Source of the DNA: Bacteroidia bacterium
GTDB lineage: Bacteria; Bacteroidota; Bacteroidia; NS11-12g; UBA9320
Assembly: GCA_965216465.1 (NCBI GenBank)
Contig: CBDCFW010000001.1
Location: 1-64,000, forward strand
Direction of reading: 5' to 3'
DNA: 64,000 nt
Shown: piece by piece, positions 47,301-56,355 of the stretch
Numbering within the stretch: the stretch's first letter is position 1
Layout: every line of letters starts with the position of its first letter
Made by a program: the position numbers and the translations under genes
The notes under the pieces: model-generated
Told to the model about the DNA's origin: nothing
What the model saw: the letters and a program-made list of their open reading frames with translations, nothing else
Databases searched by the model: none

Positions 47301-49788
47301 TTTGATAAGCATTGAAAATGATTTAAATGTTGAACACACGTATTGGGTTGATGTTAGAAGAGGTAACAACAATATTAATGTTCCCTTAACGCGAGCGATG
47401 ACACCAAGCTGCTACGTGCATGTTACACTTTTACAACCTCATGTACACCTCAGAAATGACAAGCCCATAAGACTATATGGTGTGATTCCATTAGACGTTT
47501 ATGACGCTTCAACGGTACTATACCCTGAGGTTAAAATTCCAGAAGAAATAAGACCTGATGAAAATATAAATGTAGCCGTATCAGAAAAAAATGGCAAAGC
47601 AATGTATTACACGATTGCTATTGTTGATGAGGGTTTACTAGACCTTACCCGTTATAAAACTCCTAAAATATGGAAGCATTTTAACAAGAAAAGAGCTTTG
47701 GGAATATTGACTTATGATGTATATGATCAAGTAATCAATGCCTTTTCAGGTAAGTTCGAAAATGTTTATCGAATTGGTGGAGATGCAGAAGGTGTTGAAG
47801 GAAACATAGCGAAAGCAAATCGGTTTAAACCTACGGTTAAATATCTGGGTCCGTTTTACCTCAAACCAGGCGGCAGAGCAAATCACAGGATTAAGATTGA
47901 AAATTACATTGGTTCAGTCAAAACCATGATAATTGCCAGAAACGGCAAGGCATTTGGGTCTTCTGATGCTAAAACACGGGTCGTAAAGCCTTTAATGATT
48001 CAAACATCAGCACCACGAACCTTAACCCCTGGCGATGAGCTCGAAATACCTGTAAATCTATTTCTGACCGAAGAAGCCAAACTTCCAGTAACTGTTTCGC
48101 TCAAGGCTAACAACGGAGTGCAAGTTCTAACGAAAAAACTTGTTGTTAGAAAAGCCAAGAATGGTGAAGCCATTGTTAAATTTAAAATAAAAGTTGGATC
48201 ACAAATAGGAGCTTCTACCTTCAAAATAGAAGCAAGTTGTGCCAATGACAAGCATCAGGAAAAGCTCGACATTCCTATCAGATTACCGGGGTATGCCGTT
48301 TCTCAAACAGCATTATTGACCTTAAAACCGGGGCAAAAAGGGCACTTTAATATTCGAAACATTGGCTGGCAGGGAACAAATAGTGCAACGCTCGAAACCA
48401 GCACCTATCCGAGCATAGACCTCGAAAAGCGGCTCAACTATTTAATCCGTTATCCGCACGGCTGCATTGAGCAAACTACATCATCGGTTTTCCCTCAATT
48501 ATATCTTAGCACTATCATGGATATTTCTGAGAAGAGAAAGGAAAAAATTGATAAGAATATCAATGCCGCAATTACAAGGTTAGCAAAGTTTCAAACCTTG
48601 GATGGTGGGTTTAGTTACTGGCCTGGCGGTAACTCCTCCAACGAGTGGGGATCGAGTTATGCTGGACACTTCTTGATTGAAGCTAAAGCGTTAGGATATT
48701 ATGTGCCAGATCATTTGTTGAACGCTTGGTATCAATATCAAACAAAGCAAATTAACGCTTCTAATAGCTATGCTTTTTACCATAAGGAAGACAATCAGGC
48801 TTATCGCTTATACACTCTTGCACATTATGGAAAGCCAGATATTGGTGCCATGAATAGGTTCAAGGAATTAAAATTAACAAGCAACGCAGCTAAATGGCGG
48901 ATTGCTACCGCATATGCTTTAGCTGGGCGACTCGATGTAGCTAAATCAATGATAAAGGAGCTCTCCGAAAATGTGAGATCTTATCGCGACCATGGTCGCA
49001 CTTATGGAAGTGGATTTAGGGATAAGGTTATAATCCTAGAGGCAATGCTTGCTGTAGATGATCAGCGTTACATAAGAGTAATGAAAGAGCTAGCTAACAA
49101 AATGGGAAGCAAGAGCTATCTTAGTACCCAAGAAACAGCTTATGGATTATTAGCTTACTCAAAACTGGTTAAAAAACGCCCAAGTAAAAATGTATCGTAC
49201 GTGGTCACCAAAATTACTGAGGAGCCTGTAACATACAGTTTCGATTCACCTATTCACCAACTTAAGCTCGGAACGCCAAGTAAAATTAAAACGGTTGAAC
49301 TTCAAAACACTTCTGACCAACCTATATTCATTAAAATGATAAATACAGGTACGCCTATATCCTCTACTTTAAGCGATAAATCTAATGGTATTAGCTTAAA
49401 AGTTAGATATGCCAATCAAGAAGGTAAAACGGTTAAGCCTACTCAGATTAAGTATGGCCAAGATTATAAAATGTATATCACTGTAACGAATAAAAGCAAG
49501 ATTAGTAATTTACAAAACATCGCACTATCTACTTTTTTTGCTTCTGGATGTGAAATTGAAAACACACGATTGTCAGGCGGATCAAGAAATAACGCAACAT
49601 ATGAAGATATCAGAGACGATCGATGCTTTGCCTACTTTGACTTGCGATCTGGAGCTAGTAAAACATTTTATTACACCTTTACTTCAACGTACAAGGGCAG
49701 ATTTTTAAATCCAGGTATACATTGTGAAGCAATGTACGACCCATCGATTTATGCATTAAGAAAAGGAGAATATTTAGACTTTAAGTGA
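44362..49788 (+). CDS. bacterial alpha-2-macroglobulin lipoprotein (YfhM-like)
   Basis: Lipobox ISSC; ERGVWRPGD, AIVDEG, thioester motif YPHGCIEQ, DIRDDR, EAMYD. Confidence 0.95.
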   Translation: MNKLLLFLTLVLTISSCKQKRIDVPIEADLHFKPFISAYTSGIISKTSPIHVFLKHEIPDSILNDTNSLRKTIKTTPAFDYTIVNSTRNKLELVPLQNLDNKKRYKVDVNMEELLRLDLDHEVFSLVFETITQDYKIKQISLEPKNAYKPNNLELTGYIETTDVAKFEDVKQIITSVGKYRLEDLRFTKYNNKRFKFSLKNIVKQKEKTSFNLAFDGQPIDQPRKVNQRIDIPAKSDFSYSKWEYESYPDQLLTLYFTEPLNSKQELKGLVTLDQSNNMSFEVDGTKLKVYLNTSHTGQDKLVVHRGIQNFEGEKTKVLVEDTIYIDPPRPTIEIIGDGTILPNSQGLIVPFKTIGLKKVDVELYRIHENNVLQFLQVNEVDETYQLRRVANKLTHKTINLEKTNSGKLQQWTTQAINIRDLIRPQPGAIYRVRFSFKPSYTFNTCTDIDDVSTRNDFFDYYENSDFDELEDTDVCDRYFYYSSTKSKNLIASDLGLIVKQGNADNFTVIATNLVTGNPMPNTTIKFYNYAQQVIKQAVTNQFGIASVATTETPSVIVGSHNRHKSYIQLNRGLSNSTSKFATDGAMRSNGVEAFFYGERGVWRPGDSIYLSCVVKDEFNKIRHGQPANLKFIDPKGRVVSESQVKLNKRGILSFPLSTDIDAPTGYYQVVLSSGSYDFRKSLLVETVRPNRLKINLDLGAKEIETHKTKNLLLSSHWLHGKLASDLKAKVTMRLTPSHTTFPDFKNFIFENSTKRVSQSEQVIYDENLDSLGQANIELPQEKIQSAGKMKAQFITKVFEKGGGFSIDNFNAVYHPYTSYVGMKLSYNNYGYLSTSKPNKIEIVNVQPNGKVVKAKTKLRLQVFKIEWRWWWQHNESDLASYLNNNSYELHTDKTLEISGETSYNLTIPEHEWGQYFVQITNEENGHSCGKLFFADYYGSTRNAKDQSGAMLLSIESSKPRYKLGENAQVSFQSPGKGKALISIENDLNVEHTYWVDVRRGNNNINVPLTRAMTPSCYVHVTLLQPHVHLRNDKPIRLYGVIPLDVYDASTVLYPEVKIPEEIRPDENINVAVSEKNGKAMYYTIAIVDEGLLDLTRYKTPKIWKHFNKKRALGILTYDVYDQVINAFSGKFENVYRIGGDAEGVEGNIAKANRFKPTVKYLGPFYLKPGGRANHRIKIENYIGSVKTMIIARNGKAFGSSDAKTRVVKPLMIQTSAPRTLTPGDELEIPVNLFLTEEAKLPVTVSLKANNGVQVLTKKLVVRKAKNGEAIVKFKIKVGSQIGASTFKIEASCANDKHQEKLDIPIRLPGYAVSQTALLTLKPGQKGHFNIRNIGWQGTNSATLETSTYPSIDLEKRLNYLIRYPHGCIEQTTSSVFPQLYLSTIMDISEKRKEKIDKNINAAITRLAKFQTLDGGFSYWPGGNSSNEWGSSYAGHFLIEAKALGYYVPDHLLNAWYQYQTKQINASNSYAFYHKEDNQAYRLYTLAHYGKPDIGAMNRFKELKLTSNAAKWRIATAYALAGRLDVAKSMIKELSENVRSYRDHGRTYGSGFRDKVIILEAMLAVDDQRYIRVMKELANKMGSKSYLSTQETAYGLLAYSKLVKKRPSKNVSYVVTKITEEPVTYSFDSPIHQLKLGTPSKIKTVELQNTSDQPIFIKMINTGTPISSTLSDKSNGISLKVRYANQEGKTVKPTQIKYGQDYKMYITVTNKSKISNLQNIALSTFFASGCEIENTRLSGGSRNNATYEDIRDDRCFAYFDLRSGASKTFYYTFTSTYKGRFLNPGIHCEAMYDPSIYALRKGEYLDFK

Positions 49789-52064
49789 GAAAAACTCTGC
49801 GCATATTAAGGTATCTTCTGGCAGTATATTTGGTGTACTTCTTATTCTGTCTTCCTTCAAACCTGTTTGATGAGTCGTACTCCAAAGTTTTACTAGACCG
49901 GAACGGAGAGTTTTTAGAAGCACGAATTGCACAAGATCAGCAGTGGCGTTTTCCTCCAATAAATACCACTCCTACTCGTTTTGAAGAATGTATACTCACA
50001 TATGAAGATCAGTATTTCAGGGCTCATCCTGGTGTAAATGTCGTATCGCTATTTCGTGCATTATACCTCAATTTAAAGCATGGCGAGGTTGTAAGCGGAG
50101 GAAGTACAATCACCATGCAAACGGTTCGCTTAATGCGAAAACAAAAAAATCGAACCATCTTAGAAAAATGCATTGAAATTACATGGGCAATGCGATTGGA
50201 AACACGATTCTCAAAAGATGAAATCTTATCTATGTATGTTAGCCATGCTCCATTTGGGGGCAATACCGTGGGACTAGAAGCTGCAACATGGCGATATTTT
50301 AACAGACCACCAGAATCGCTCAGTTGGGCAGACAATGCAATGCTAGCTGTTCTACCCAACTCACCCGGCTTAATTCACCTTAACAAGAATAGAAGCTTGT
50401 TAAAGGCCAAAAGAGATAAGCTTCTAGAATCACTTTATGAGAATGGTACCATAAACGTTGAAACTTTCAATTTGTCTAAAGACGAGCCATTACCTGAACC
50501 TGTAAATGCTTTGCCTCATTATGCATACCACTTAGTTGATCGGCTTTCATCTAAATCGAGTAAGATTGTTTCGACGGTAGACATCGTTCATCAAAAACAG
50601 TTTAACAAAATTGCCAGTCTATATGGGCAACGGCTGAAACAACAAAATATACATAATCTGTCGGCGGTGCTTGTTGACATTGAAACAGGTAATGTTTTAG
50701 CTTATGTAGGAAATAACTGGCGAAACAATCACAAACATGCAGGTAAAGTTGACATGCTGCGTGCGGTTCGTAGTAGTGGTTCAATATTAAAGCCCTTTCT
50801 ATATACAGCTGTTTACGACCAGGGAACAGCTCCAACACAAGGAATACCAGATTATCCCATCAATTTCACCGGATACAAACCGGTTAACTACAATCCGAGC
50901 TTTGAAGGTCTTGTGCCTGCGGGCGAAGCGTTGTACCGGTCACTAAACATTCCTGCAACTTGGTTACTGAGTAAATATGGAGTCGCTCACATGAAGAACG
51001 ATTTATCTAAACTAGGGCTATCATCACTTAACAGATCATCAAAAGATTACGGACTGTCGATAATTTTAGGAGGAGGAGAAGTAAACTTATTGGAGCTTAC
51101 AAGTGCCTACAGTTCATTAGGAGCACAATTAAACAATCCGGATTCTTTCACTGCTTTTAAGACCTACCTGTTGCGAGATCATTCAAAACCTACAATCGAA
51201 TCTCGAAAAACATTCAGTTCAGGAAGCATTTATAGTACGCTCCAAAGTCTAACCAATACCTACCGTCCAGAAACAGAAGCCCATTGGAAGAATTTTAGCT
51301 CAGCTTATCCCATAGCATGGAAAACTGGAACAAGCTATGGCAACAGAGATGCATGGGCGATTGGAGTTACCTCAAAGTATGCCGTTGGAGTTTGGGTTGG
51401 AAACAGCGAGGGCCAAGGCGTTTCGGGCTTAACAGGTCTCAATACTGCGGCACCCTTACTTTTTCAATTATTTGAAACACTTCCAGCCACAATGTGGTTC
51501 AACGAACCTGCAGATATGGACATGTATGCAATATGCTCAGAGAGCGGTATGAAAAAAGGAAAGACCTGTCCAAACGAACGAGAAGCTCTATTGCCAACTT
51601 CACTAGAGACGGGTGTAACCTGTGTTTACCATAAGGCGTTTATGATTGAAGCTCATTCTGGCAAGCGAGCATACAAAGGCTGTGGCGAAGGTTTTTTGTA
51701 TCCTGATACATTTTTTAACCTTCCACCCATTGTTTCGACGTACTATAAACAAAGAAATCCTCGCTATAAAGAATTACCGGAGTGGTCTTCAAATTGCAAC
51801 CGTGGTGATGCATCCATTTCTGTATTATATCCGGTAGATCAAGGCCGACTTTCTATTCCTGTTGGTGAAGAGCGAGAGGTGATTGCTAAAGCCTATTATA
51901 GTTTACCCCAAACTGAGCTGTATTGGGAACTAAACGGAAGTCACATTGGTATTACTGCTGGTAAACACGAGCAGGTAATCATCCCTCAAAAAGGAAGAAA
52001 TCTCTTGGTTCTAAGTGATGAGTTTGGGAATTCGAGGAGAGTAAACTTTGAGGTTGTAAATTAG
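49785..52064 (+). CDS. pbpC: penicillin-binding protein 1C
   Basis: Transglycosylase EDQYF and GGSTITMQ; transpeptidase SILK, SLN and KTGTS; overlaps the alpha-2-macroglobulin stop. Confidence 0.95.
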   Translation: MRKTLRILRYLLAVYLVYFLFCLPSNLFDESYSKVLLDRNGEFLEARIAQDQQWRFPPINTTPTRFEECILTYEDQYFRAHPGVNVVSLFRALYLNLKHGEVVSGGSTITMQTVRLMRKQKNRTILEKCIEITWAMRLETRFSKDEILSMYVSHAPFGGNTVGLEAATWRYFNRPPESLSWADNAMLAVLPNSPGLIHLNKNRSLLKAKRDKLLESLYENGTINVETFNLSKDEPLPEPVNALPHYAYHLVDRLSSKSSKIVSTVDIVHQKQFNKIASLYGQRLKQQNIHNLSAVLVDIETGNVLAYVGNNWRNNHKHAGKVDMLRAVRSSGSILKPFLYTAVYDQGTAPTQGIPDYPINFTGYKPVNYNPSFEGLVPAGEALYRSLNIPATWLLSKYGVAHMKNDLSKLGLSSLNRSSKDYGLSIILGGGEVNLLELTSAYSSLGAQLNNPDSFTAFKTYLLRDHSKPTIESRKTFSSGSIYSTLQSLTNTYRPETEAHWKNFSSAYPIAWKTGTSYGNRDAWAIGVTSKYAVGVWVGNSEGQGVSGLTGLNTAAPLLFQLFETLPATMWFNEPADMDMYAICSESGMKKGKTCPNEREALLPTSLETGVTCVYHKAFMIEAHSGKRAYKGCGEGFLYPDTFFNLPPIVSTYYKQRNPRYKELPEWSSNCNRGDASISVLYPVDQGRLSIPVGEEREVIAKAYYSLPQTELYWELNGSHIGITAGKHEQVIIPQKGRNLLVLSDEFGNSRRVNFEVVN

Positions 52065-52092
52065 TTTGGAGCTATGGCATTTTTTTTAAGCA

Positions 52093-52138
52093 CAAAAAAG
52101 TGCGGAATGAATCAATTAAAACCTCGTTCACTCCGCAC
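52093..52138 (-). terminator. rho-independent terminator (long loop)
   Basis: Minus strand gtgcggagtgaa...ttcattccgcac-tttttt. Confidence 0.7.
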
Positions 52139-52148
52139 ATAAAAGTAT

Positions 52149-53045
52149 TTATTTTGTAGCTGTACCCGTTGGGAAGCTTAAATTTTGGTTCATATCAATA
52201 ACCATGTGTGTTGCGGCATTCGAATCAATTGGTGCAACCAATGGCTTTAGTAAGAAAGGATCTGTACTGTTATCAGGAACTGGTTCAATACTGATTACTG
52301 CTGTGCCCGATCTTAAGTTAGTAGGAAACGTTAATCCTGCCGGTGCATTCATTAGAAAGTCCTCTCCTGGAAATGGAGGTCCTGCAGAGTGACCGCTAAA
52401 AGGAGCAGCGTTATCAGCACCATTTGCATCCGTAAATGTTCCTGTACTAACCGGAACTCCATCAATTACTGCCCATCCTTCGTAAGCCCAACCTGAAGGA
52501 AGACTTGGTAGAGATAGTCCAACGGCTGGACTTCCACTGCTATTATCTAAAAACCAGATTCCGCTTTCTTCATTGTCTCCGTCCATATCTGTTGGAGTTG
52601 CGAGAATGAATTCTCCCATCACCTCACTAAAGTCATTTCCAATCGCCGAAGTATGATCAATTGTAAGACTTGCCTCGCTCCCACTAAAATCTCCTGCAAC
52701 AATGTGAACTGCACTTGGTGCTGGTGTTGGATCTGGAATTGGCTCAATGGTAAGAACAAATCGCGTTGCATTTTTTAAGTCTTTATCGTCAACAGTGAAC
52801 TCGTTTGTTGACATGTTTCCGTTCTCATCAACAGTAAAGGTTCCTGTCGTTACAGGACTTCCATCTACAATAACCCATCCTTCGTAAATGGCAGTAGGTC
52901 CTAAATCTTCAAGACCATTAATTTCAAGTTTTAAAGTGTCTTTAGGTGTGGCTGAATCTTGCTTGCAGGCCTGAAGACCAACAAGAAGTACAAGAACTAA
53001 GAGGAGGTTAAAGTGCTTGGTAAGTGTCTGAATTTTATTTCTCAT
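52149..53045 (-). CDS. lipoprotein with duplicated RskA-C-like beta domain
   Basis: Lipobox LQAC; two copies of YEGWxxxDGxPVxTGTF...x(T/S)IEPxPD. Confidence 0.75.
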   Translation of the reverse strand: MRNKIQTLTKHFNLLLVLVLLVGLQACKQDSATPKDTLKLEINGLEDLGPTAIYEGWVIVDGSPVTTGTFTVDENGNMSTNEFTVDDKDLKNATRFVLTIEPIPDPTPAPSAVHIVAGDFSGSEASLTIDHTSAIGNDFSEVMGEFILATPTDMDGDNEESGIWFLDNSSGSPAVGLSLPSLPSGWAYEGWAVIDGVPVSTGTFTDANGADNAAPFSGHSAGPPFPGEDFLMNAPAGLTFPTNLRSGTAVISIEPVPDNSTDPFLLKPLVAPIDSNAATHMVIDMNQNLSFPTGTATK

Positions 53046-53135
53046 AATTATACATTTTGAATGAGAAAACGGACGGCTCAAAATTACTTACACATATTTG
53101 AGGTCTACAATGCTTTTATGATAGTGTGCTGACAG

Positions 53136-54740
53136 TTACCTATCTGGATAGAGTGCATCCAATATTTGTTCAGATGGTTTTATTACCCATGATTTTCTCC
53201 ATTCTTCGAAAATGGCAAGCAACGCCTCATAGTCTTTATATTCACTTTGTTTAGCCTCAACGCACAGAAAAGCCAGTTTGTAGTATAAATCAGTAGTAAA
53301 TACTTTATCAATGTACTCTCCATCTTCAGTTTTGGGAAAATAAATTGGATTACAATAAGTGGAAGTATCGATTGACTTAAAATACGCAAGTGATCGATCA
53401 AAATCAAACTCTTCACCATTCAAACTTACCTCATACAGCCTTCCAAGAGCGGTAGTGTTACCGTGCAACAGTTCATCTTTTTCTGGGGTTGCTCTAAGCA
53501 TTACCGGACGTGTACGATTGCTATTAACAATATCCAATAAAGCAATTTCATATTTAAGTAGAACACGCTTAGCCGTTAAATCAACTGTGTCTTCCAACTG
53601 AATTATTTGAATGTGACTTGCATTCAAATTCTCCTGATTCTTGCCTTTAAATTCATACAATGCTTTGTACTCAAAATCGTACCATGTTAATGGAGTATGG
53701 CCGTTAAAAATTACAACATTTAAGCTGTCGTAAACATCTTGGCCAATTGATAGAATGACCAGTCCTTCCCTTCTCAATGCTTGAACATAAGCAGGAATAT
53801 TCAGTAAAGAAGCACTAACAACTGCAACATCTGTTCGATAACCTTCGACAATTTGGAGGTAGTGAAGTGGGAAAAAATCATTGTCTCCTGCCGACATATA
53901 TATTGCGTTAGCTGGACAATTGTCGAGCGTATTTCTTGCGTCGGTAAGAATATTTTCGGGATAAACACCTGAACTGACTTGGGCTTCAGCGATAGTCTTA
54001 TTTTGCGTTACGATTAAATCTAAGTACGCCTCCATTACTTCATTAGCATATTTGGTGCGGATAGTTCCAACAATCGTTTTAAAGTTTGGATTTCGATCTG
54101 CCAAAGCTTTAAAATGTATACGTGCTTTGTTAGTATGATAGAGGTACCAATCGAGATAGGAGGAACTCATGCTGTTCCCATTTTTAAGCAACTGTACTCC
54201 GTCGGTTCGCGATGCTCCGCGATCATTGAAGGTGATGCTTGCACTAATCGCTGAATGCGCACGCCCTAAACTATATAAATCTAAATCATTGAGCTCGTCA
54301 CTATGTTCTTCAAAAGCAGAAACAATGTCCTCGCCCCAACCCCTATAGCCATAGTAAGGATGAATTCTAAACATCCGTTCGTTAAATGGTCCAAGGGCAA
54401 AATCTTTATAAGACTTAAACTTGTCTGAAGGATTAGAACCTCTTACAAAAAGATGATCTAGGTTTTCATAAGCTTTTTTTTCAAATGCGTAATACAAATA
54501 ATCATCAGCATGCTTATTGTTCTTTACTAGCTTCAGTTGTACATACCAACCAGTTGGCTTTCGTGCAAACTCAATGTACCGCGAGTCATCTTCTAGATCT
54601 TGATACTCGTTAAAGAAATGATTAACTAGCGTTTCATAATCTGGTGCGTCTGGATACTCTTGAAGTCTACCTACCTGAGCAAAAATATTTACACTTAAGA
54701 AAAAGGCGGTGACCACTCCTACAAAGAGTCTTTTAATCAT
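53136..54740 (-). CDS. exported protein containing a DUF2723/TMEM260-like extracytoplasmic domain
   Basis: Signal peptide only, no TM bundle; NAIYMSAGDNDFFPLHYLQIVEGYRTDVAVVSASLLN. Confidence 0.65.
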   Translation of the reverse strand: MIKRLFVGVVTAFFLSVNIFAQVGRLQEYPDAPDYETLVNHFFNEYQDLEDDSRYIEFARKPTGWYVQLKLVKNNKHADDYLYYAFEKKAYENLDHLFVRGSNPSDKFKSYKDFALGPFNERMFRIHPYYGYRGWGEDIVSAFEEHSDELNDLDLYSLGRAHSAISASITFNDRGASRTDGVQLLKNGNSMSSSYLDWYLYHTNKARIHFKALADRNPNFKTIVGTIRTKYANEVMEAYLDLIVTQNKTIAEAQVSSGVYPENILTDARNTLDNCPANAIYMSAGDNDFFPLHYLQIVEGYRTDVAVVSASLLNIPAYVQALRREGLVILSIGQDVYDSLNVVIFNGHTPLTWYDFEYKALYEFKGKNQENLNASHIQIIQLEDTVDLTAKRVLLKYEIALLDIVNSNRTRPVMLRATPEKDELLHGNTTALGRLYEVSLNGEEFDFDRSLAYFKSIDTSTYCNPIYFPKTEDGEYIDKVFTTDLYYKLAFLCVEAKQSEYKDYEALLAIFEEWRKSWVIKPSEQILDALYPDR

Positions 54741-54793
54741 ACTACAAAACTATGTAAAACAACATAGCTAGGTTTCTTTATATTTGGTAGTCC

Positions 54794-56347
54794 ATGAAGA
54801 TGCATATCCCCTTTACCATTTTCTTACTTGTATTTGGTTTTTCTGTCAGTTATTCCTTGGCCCAATCGCCTAAACCCTACAATGTACTTTTTGTATCTAT
54901 TGATGATCTTGGTCCAAATTTGGGGGCATACGACAATGCTTATATTGTATCACCTAACCTTGATGAATTTGCAAGAAATGGCATGACTTTCAGAAACACC
55001 TATTGTCAAGCTGCTGTTTGTGCTCCTTCACGAGCAAGTTTAATGTCTGGACTGAGACCAGATTCTACACGTGTGTGGCACCTCGGTGATAAATTTCGCC
55101 AGCTGCATCCAAACATGGTGACCATGCCTCAGCATTTTAAAAACTATGGATACCACACGGTATGCATCGGCAAAATTTTTCACAACTACATGCCTGATTC
55201 GGTTTCTTGGGACGAACCAGATCTTAGACCACCTCAATACCTTAAACCCGAATGGTTAAAGCGTGACGGTGAAACCTTTTATGTGAACAAAGAAACCCAA
55301 AGAAAGCAGAAGATTAAAAGAGACAAGCTTGTAAAGCTTAGACCCAATTATTATGCCGATGGATGGAACAACGGTCCAGCTTGGGAAATGGAAGATGTTC
55401 ACGATACCATGTACTTTGACGGTGCACAAACGGAACTAGCTAAAAGAACATTAAGTCGTTTGGCTACGACTGACGAACCCTTTTTCTTAGCCCTAGGATA
55501 TTTCAGACCACACCTTCCTTTTGCTGTTCCAAAACAGTATTGGGATTTATATGATAAAGATAGTCTTCCTTTAGCCTCAAACCCATACTTACCCAAGCAT
55601 TCACCAGTAATGTCAATGAATTCGATGTATGAGTTACGCGGTTATGATGGATTTGCAAAACTCCAACACCCTTCTATAAATGTGATGAACGAAGACACTG
55701 CCCGAATACTCAAACAAGGATATTATGCTTCAGTAAGCTATGTTGATGCACAATTTGGAAAGATTGTGCAGCACTTAAAGGATTTAGACCTTTATGAAAA
55801 CACCATTATCATTGTTTGGGGTGATCACGGTTGGAAGCTAGGTGAACACAATGGATGGTGCAAGCAAACCAATTACAACATCGACATTCACGTGCCCATG
55901 TTGGTTTACAGTCCAGATATGCCAAACAGAGGGGCTCAGAGTTTTGAAATTACTGAGCTAATAGATATGTTTCCATCCTTATGCGATCTCGCAGGTATAG
56001 ACAAGCCTGACTATCTACAAGGAACAAGCTTTGTACCGCTTTTTGAAAACCCCTCACGCGAATGGAAAAAAGCAGCATTCAGTCAGTTTCATCGTCGACC
56101 AAAAGTCACCCCAGATGGAAAAAGATATATGGGTTATTCAATACGCACAAAAGAGTTTCACTACGTAGAATGGTATTACTGGGATCATAAAAATGGGATA
56201 CGACTAGACTTTGTAACTTCGGAGCTCTACGATATTCAGAAAGATCCTGACGAGAATGAAAATATTGCAGAATCTGCAGACCCCAATGTTGTTGCAGACT
56301 TAGCAAAACAACTTAAAGATGGATGGCGAGCTGCCCAGCCAGACTAA
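54794..56347 (+). CDS. Cys-type sulfatase (iduronate-2-sulfatase-like)
   Basis: NVLFVSIDDL, CAPSRASLMSG, GKIFH, RPHLPF, GDHGW. Confidence 0.93.
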   Translation: MKMHIPFTIFLLVFGFSVSYSLAQSPKPYNVLFVSIDDLGPNLGAYDNAYIVSPNLDEFARNGMTFRNTYCQAAVCAPSRASLMSGLRPDSTRVWHLGDKFRQLHPNMVTMPQHFKNYGYHTVCIGKIFHNYMPDSVSWDEPDLRPPQYLKPEWLKRDGETFYVNKETQRKQKIKRDKLVKLRPNYYADGWNNGPAWEMEDVHDTMYFDGAQTELAKRTLSRLATTDEPFFLALGYFRPHLPFAVPKQYWDLYDKDSLPLASNPYLPKHSPVMSMNSMYELRGYDGFAKLQHPSINVMNEDTARILKQGYYASVSYVDAQFGKIVQHLKDLDLYENTIIIVWGDHGWKLGEHNGWCKQTNYNIDIHVPMLVYSPDMPNRGAQSFEITELIDMFPSLCDLAGIDKPDYLQGTSFVPLFENPSREWKKAAFSQFHRRPKVTPDGKRYMGYSIRTKEFHYVEWYYWDHKNGIRLDFVTSELYDIQKDPDENENIAESADPNVVADLAKQLKDGWRAAQPD

Positions 56348-56355
56348 GCTAACAG

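Noticed and set aside
52149-53045. Functional anti-sigma factor call
   Set aside because: It is a lipoprotein with no cytoplasmic sigma-binding domain and no adjacent ECF sigma gene.
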